Positions 25,320 through 26,270 of a stretch of DNA of 26,270 bases are shown piece by piece. How positions within the stretch are numbered: the stretch's first letter is position 1; each line of letters starts with the position of its first letter. The translations under genes were made by a program, and so were the position numbers. The notes below the pieces were generated by a model. That model made no database searches and had not been told where the DNA came from. It worked only from the letters and a program-made list of their open reading frames with translations. The stretch is from IMG/VR virus record IMGVR_UViG_3300022178_000855, positions 1 through 26,270 of that record, one strand, 5' to 3'. Source of the DNA: a virus. Its lineage: Duplodnaviria; Caudoviricetes.

Positions 25320-25471
25320 CACTAGAATATAATCAAGACTGGCAAACCCGCGCACGCGGCTCCAATGATAGCGAGTACCAAATATACCTAAGCTTTGCTA
25401 ATGATGGCAACGGTATAGATATAACAACAGGCAACCCGCTAAAAACCTATGACGAATGGTTAAACAGCTAA
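25316..25471 (+). CDS. 51-aa early protein (not in the ORF track)
   Basis: MTLEYNQDWQTRARGSNDSEYQIYLSFANDGNGIDITTGNPLKTYDEWLNS; ATGA overlap; SD GAGGG. Confidence 0.75.
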   Translation: MTLEYNQDWQTRARGSNDSEYQIYLSFANDGNGIDITTGNPLKTYDEWLNS

Positions 25472-25496
25472 AGAATCCCCTGTAGTAATCCCCTTT

Positions 25497-25526
25497 TGCC
25501 CTAGTTAAACGCTAGGGTATTTTTTT
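25497..25526 (+). terminator. Intrinsic terminator ending the first early operon
   Basis: TGCCCTAGT-TAAAC-GCTAGGGTA followed by T7. Confidence 0.8.
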
Positions 25527-25551
25527 GCCTGCTATATAATATAAGTCGATT

Positions 25552-25606
25552 TAAGCCTGTTTAACCCTACCCTATACCCTAGGTCACAATTGGCCATAAA
25601 CGCGCT
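25552..25606 (+). repeat. 55-bp conserved element, copy B
   Basis: Same spaced motif as 23597-23651, overlapping and followed by strong 10-bp GC/AT phasing to about 25640. Confidence 0.75.
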
Positions 25607-25710
25607 TAGACGGCCATTCTGGGGCTTGTTTGGCCCTATTGGTTAACCATGCCCGTGTATTCTGGTTATTTATGCGCTTGCAACCTGTTTCCCGTAATGG
25701 AGGCATTAGC

Positions 25711-25801
25711 GAGAGAGAGAGAGAGTAATTATTTTTAGAGAGTGTTGCATTCCATATTGACAAGCTGTAGGATTACATTTTTAAACCAATAGAGAGAGAG
25801 A
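25711..25801 (+). repeat. (GA)n microsatellites
   Basis: (GA)7G at 25711-25725 and (AG)5A at 25791-25801, the latter at the RBS position of ORF 25805. Confidence 0.8.
25745..25773 (+). promoter_or_regulatory. Possible sigma70 promoter for the second early unit
   Basis: TTGCAT-17 nt-TAGGAT; an overlapping TTGACA at 25757 has only a poor -10. Confidence 0.45.
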
Positions 25802-25804
25802 ACA

Positions 25805-26083
25805 ATGGATTATACAAGCGGAAGACACGATAACGTCCACGGCGATGAACATTTAACACCAGAGCCAAGCGACAGAGAGAACAAAGAGCAATTTTATATG
25901 CTATTGCGAGACATAGTAACCAATGCAAACTACTTGGAGAAGGTGAACATGTTTACACCCGATAGCGACGACATGGAGACTGTAGAGGCTTTGCACGATT
26001 TTATGGACTACCACCTTCAGAGAGCTTTAGAGAAAGACTTTAAAGACGCTAAAGCTTTAAAGGCGTTAGAAGATAACAAATAA
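25805..26083 (+). CDS. Hypothetical acidic protein
   Basis: 92-aa ORF whose 3' end overlaps the CTTTAAAG cluster. Confidence 0.7.
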   Translation: MDYTSGRHDNVHGDEHLTPEPSDRENKEQFYMLLRDIVTNANYLEKVNMFTPDSDDMETVEALHDFMDYHLQRALEKDFKDAKALKALEDNK

Positions 26084-26128
26084 TGATTGTAAGAAAGAGC
26101 TTTAAAGTGGCGCTGAAACACTATATAG
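26038..26128. repeat. Second CTTTAAAG / CTATATAG cluster
   Basis: CTTTAAAG at 26038, 26055 and 26100 (another at 26245); CTATATAG at 26121. Confidence 0.75.
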
Positions 26129-26177
26129 TCATTTATATACTATTTTTAGACTAAAATAAACTACGGACACTGAAATA

Positions 26178-26270
26178 ATGCAGAAAATTAATACTTATGT
26201 TAACAAATCGACACACAAACGACTGTTAGAGGGTCACCGCTATTCTTTAAAGGAACTGGCGTTAATATCT
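26178..26270 (+). CDS. 5' fragment of a hypothetical protein (runs off the window)
   Basis: MQKINTYVNKSTHKRLLEGHRYSLKELALIS..., open to the window end; weak SD GGA. Confidence 0.5.
   Translation, partial: MQKINTYVNKSTHKRLLEGHRYSLKELALIS

Larger units (their letters stand above)
1..26270. mobile_element. Tailed dsDNA bacteriophage genome segment (podovirus-type morphogenesis module)
   Basis: Terminase, portal, scaffold, capsid, tail and ejection genes lie in one operon, alongside a phage-type RNR and dense small ORFs. No host housekeeping genes and no integrase are present. Confidence 0.97.

Overview
This window is about 26 kb of a tailed dsDNA bacteriophage genome with podovirus-type (P22/T7-like) virion genes; several ORFs resemble families I associate with marine phages, and the host is not determinable. 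From left to right: (1) the end of a + strand replication/metabolism arm, with two small ORFs, a tRNA-Glu-like RNA with an aberrant anticodon arm, and a class II B12-dependent ribonucleotide reductase; (2) a bidirectional terminator; (3) a ~20 kb - strand late operon (TerS, M15 endolysin, TerL, portal, small basic proteins, Zn-ribbon protein, scaffold, major capsid, Ala/Ser/Thr stalk fibre, S74-chaperoned tail fibre, three membrane/holin-like genes, a 630-aa repeat protein, tail adaptor and nozzle, a 77-aa fibre anchor, three putative ejection proteins) with three near-consensus sigma70 promoters; (4) a 1.1 kb repeat-rich non-coding region that probably holds the genome ends; (5) a + strand cluster of small early genes. 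No integrase, RNA polymerase or CRISPR array is seen. The most notable observations are the non-canonical tRNA beside nrdJ, two gapless 55-bp elements with 10-bp phased arms (strong-gyrase-site-like) flanking the first early operon, mirrored CTTTAAAG clusters, DNA-identical junctions around tail-fibre modules, a shared GG[ST]Y C-terminus on two possible fibre anchors, and a perfect promoter positioned to skip the holin start codon. All family assignments come from motif recognition, not database searches.
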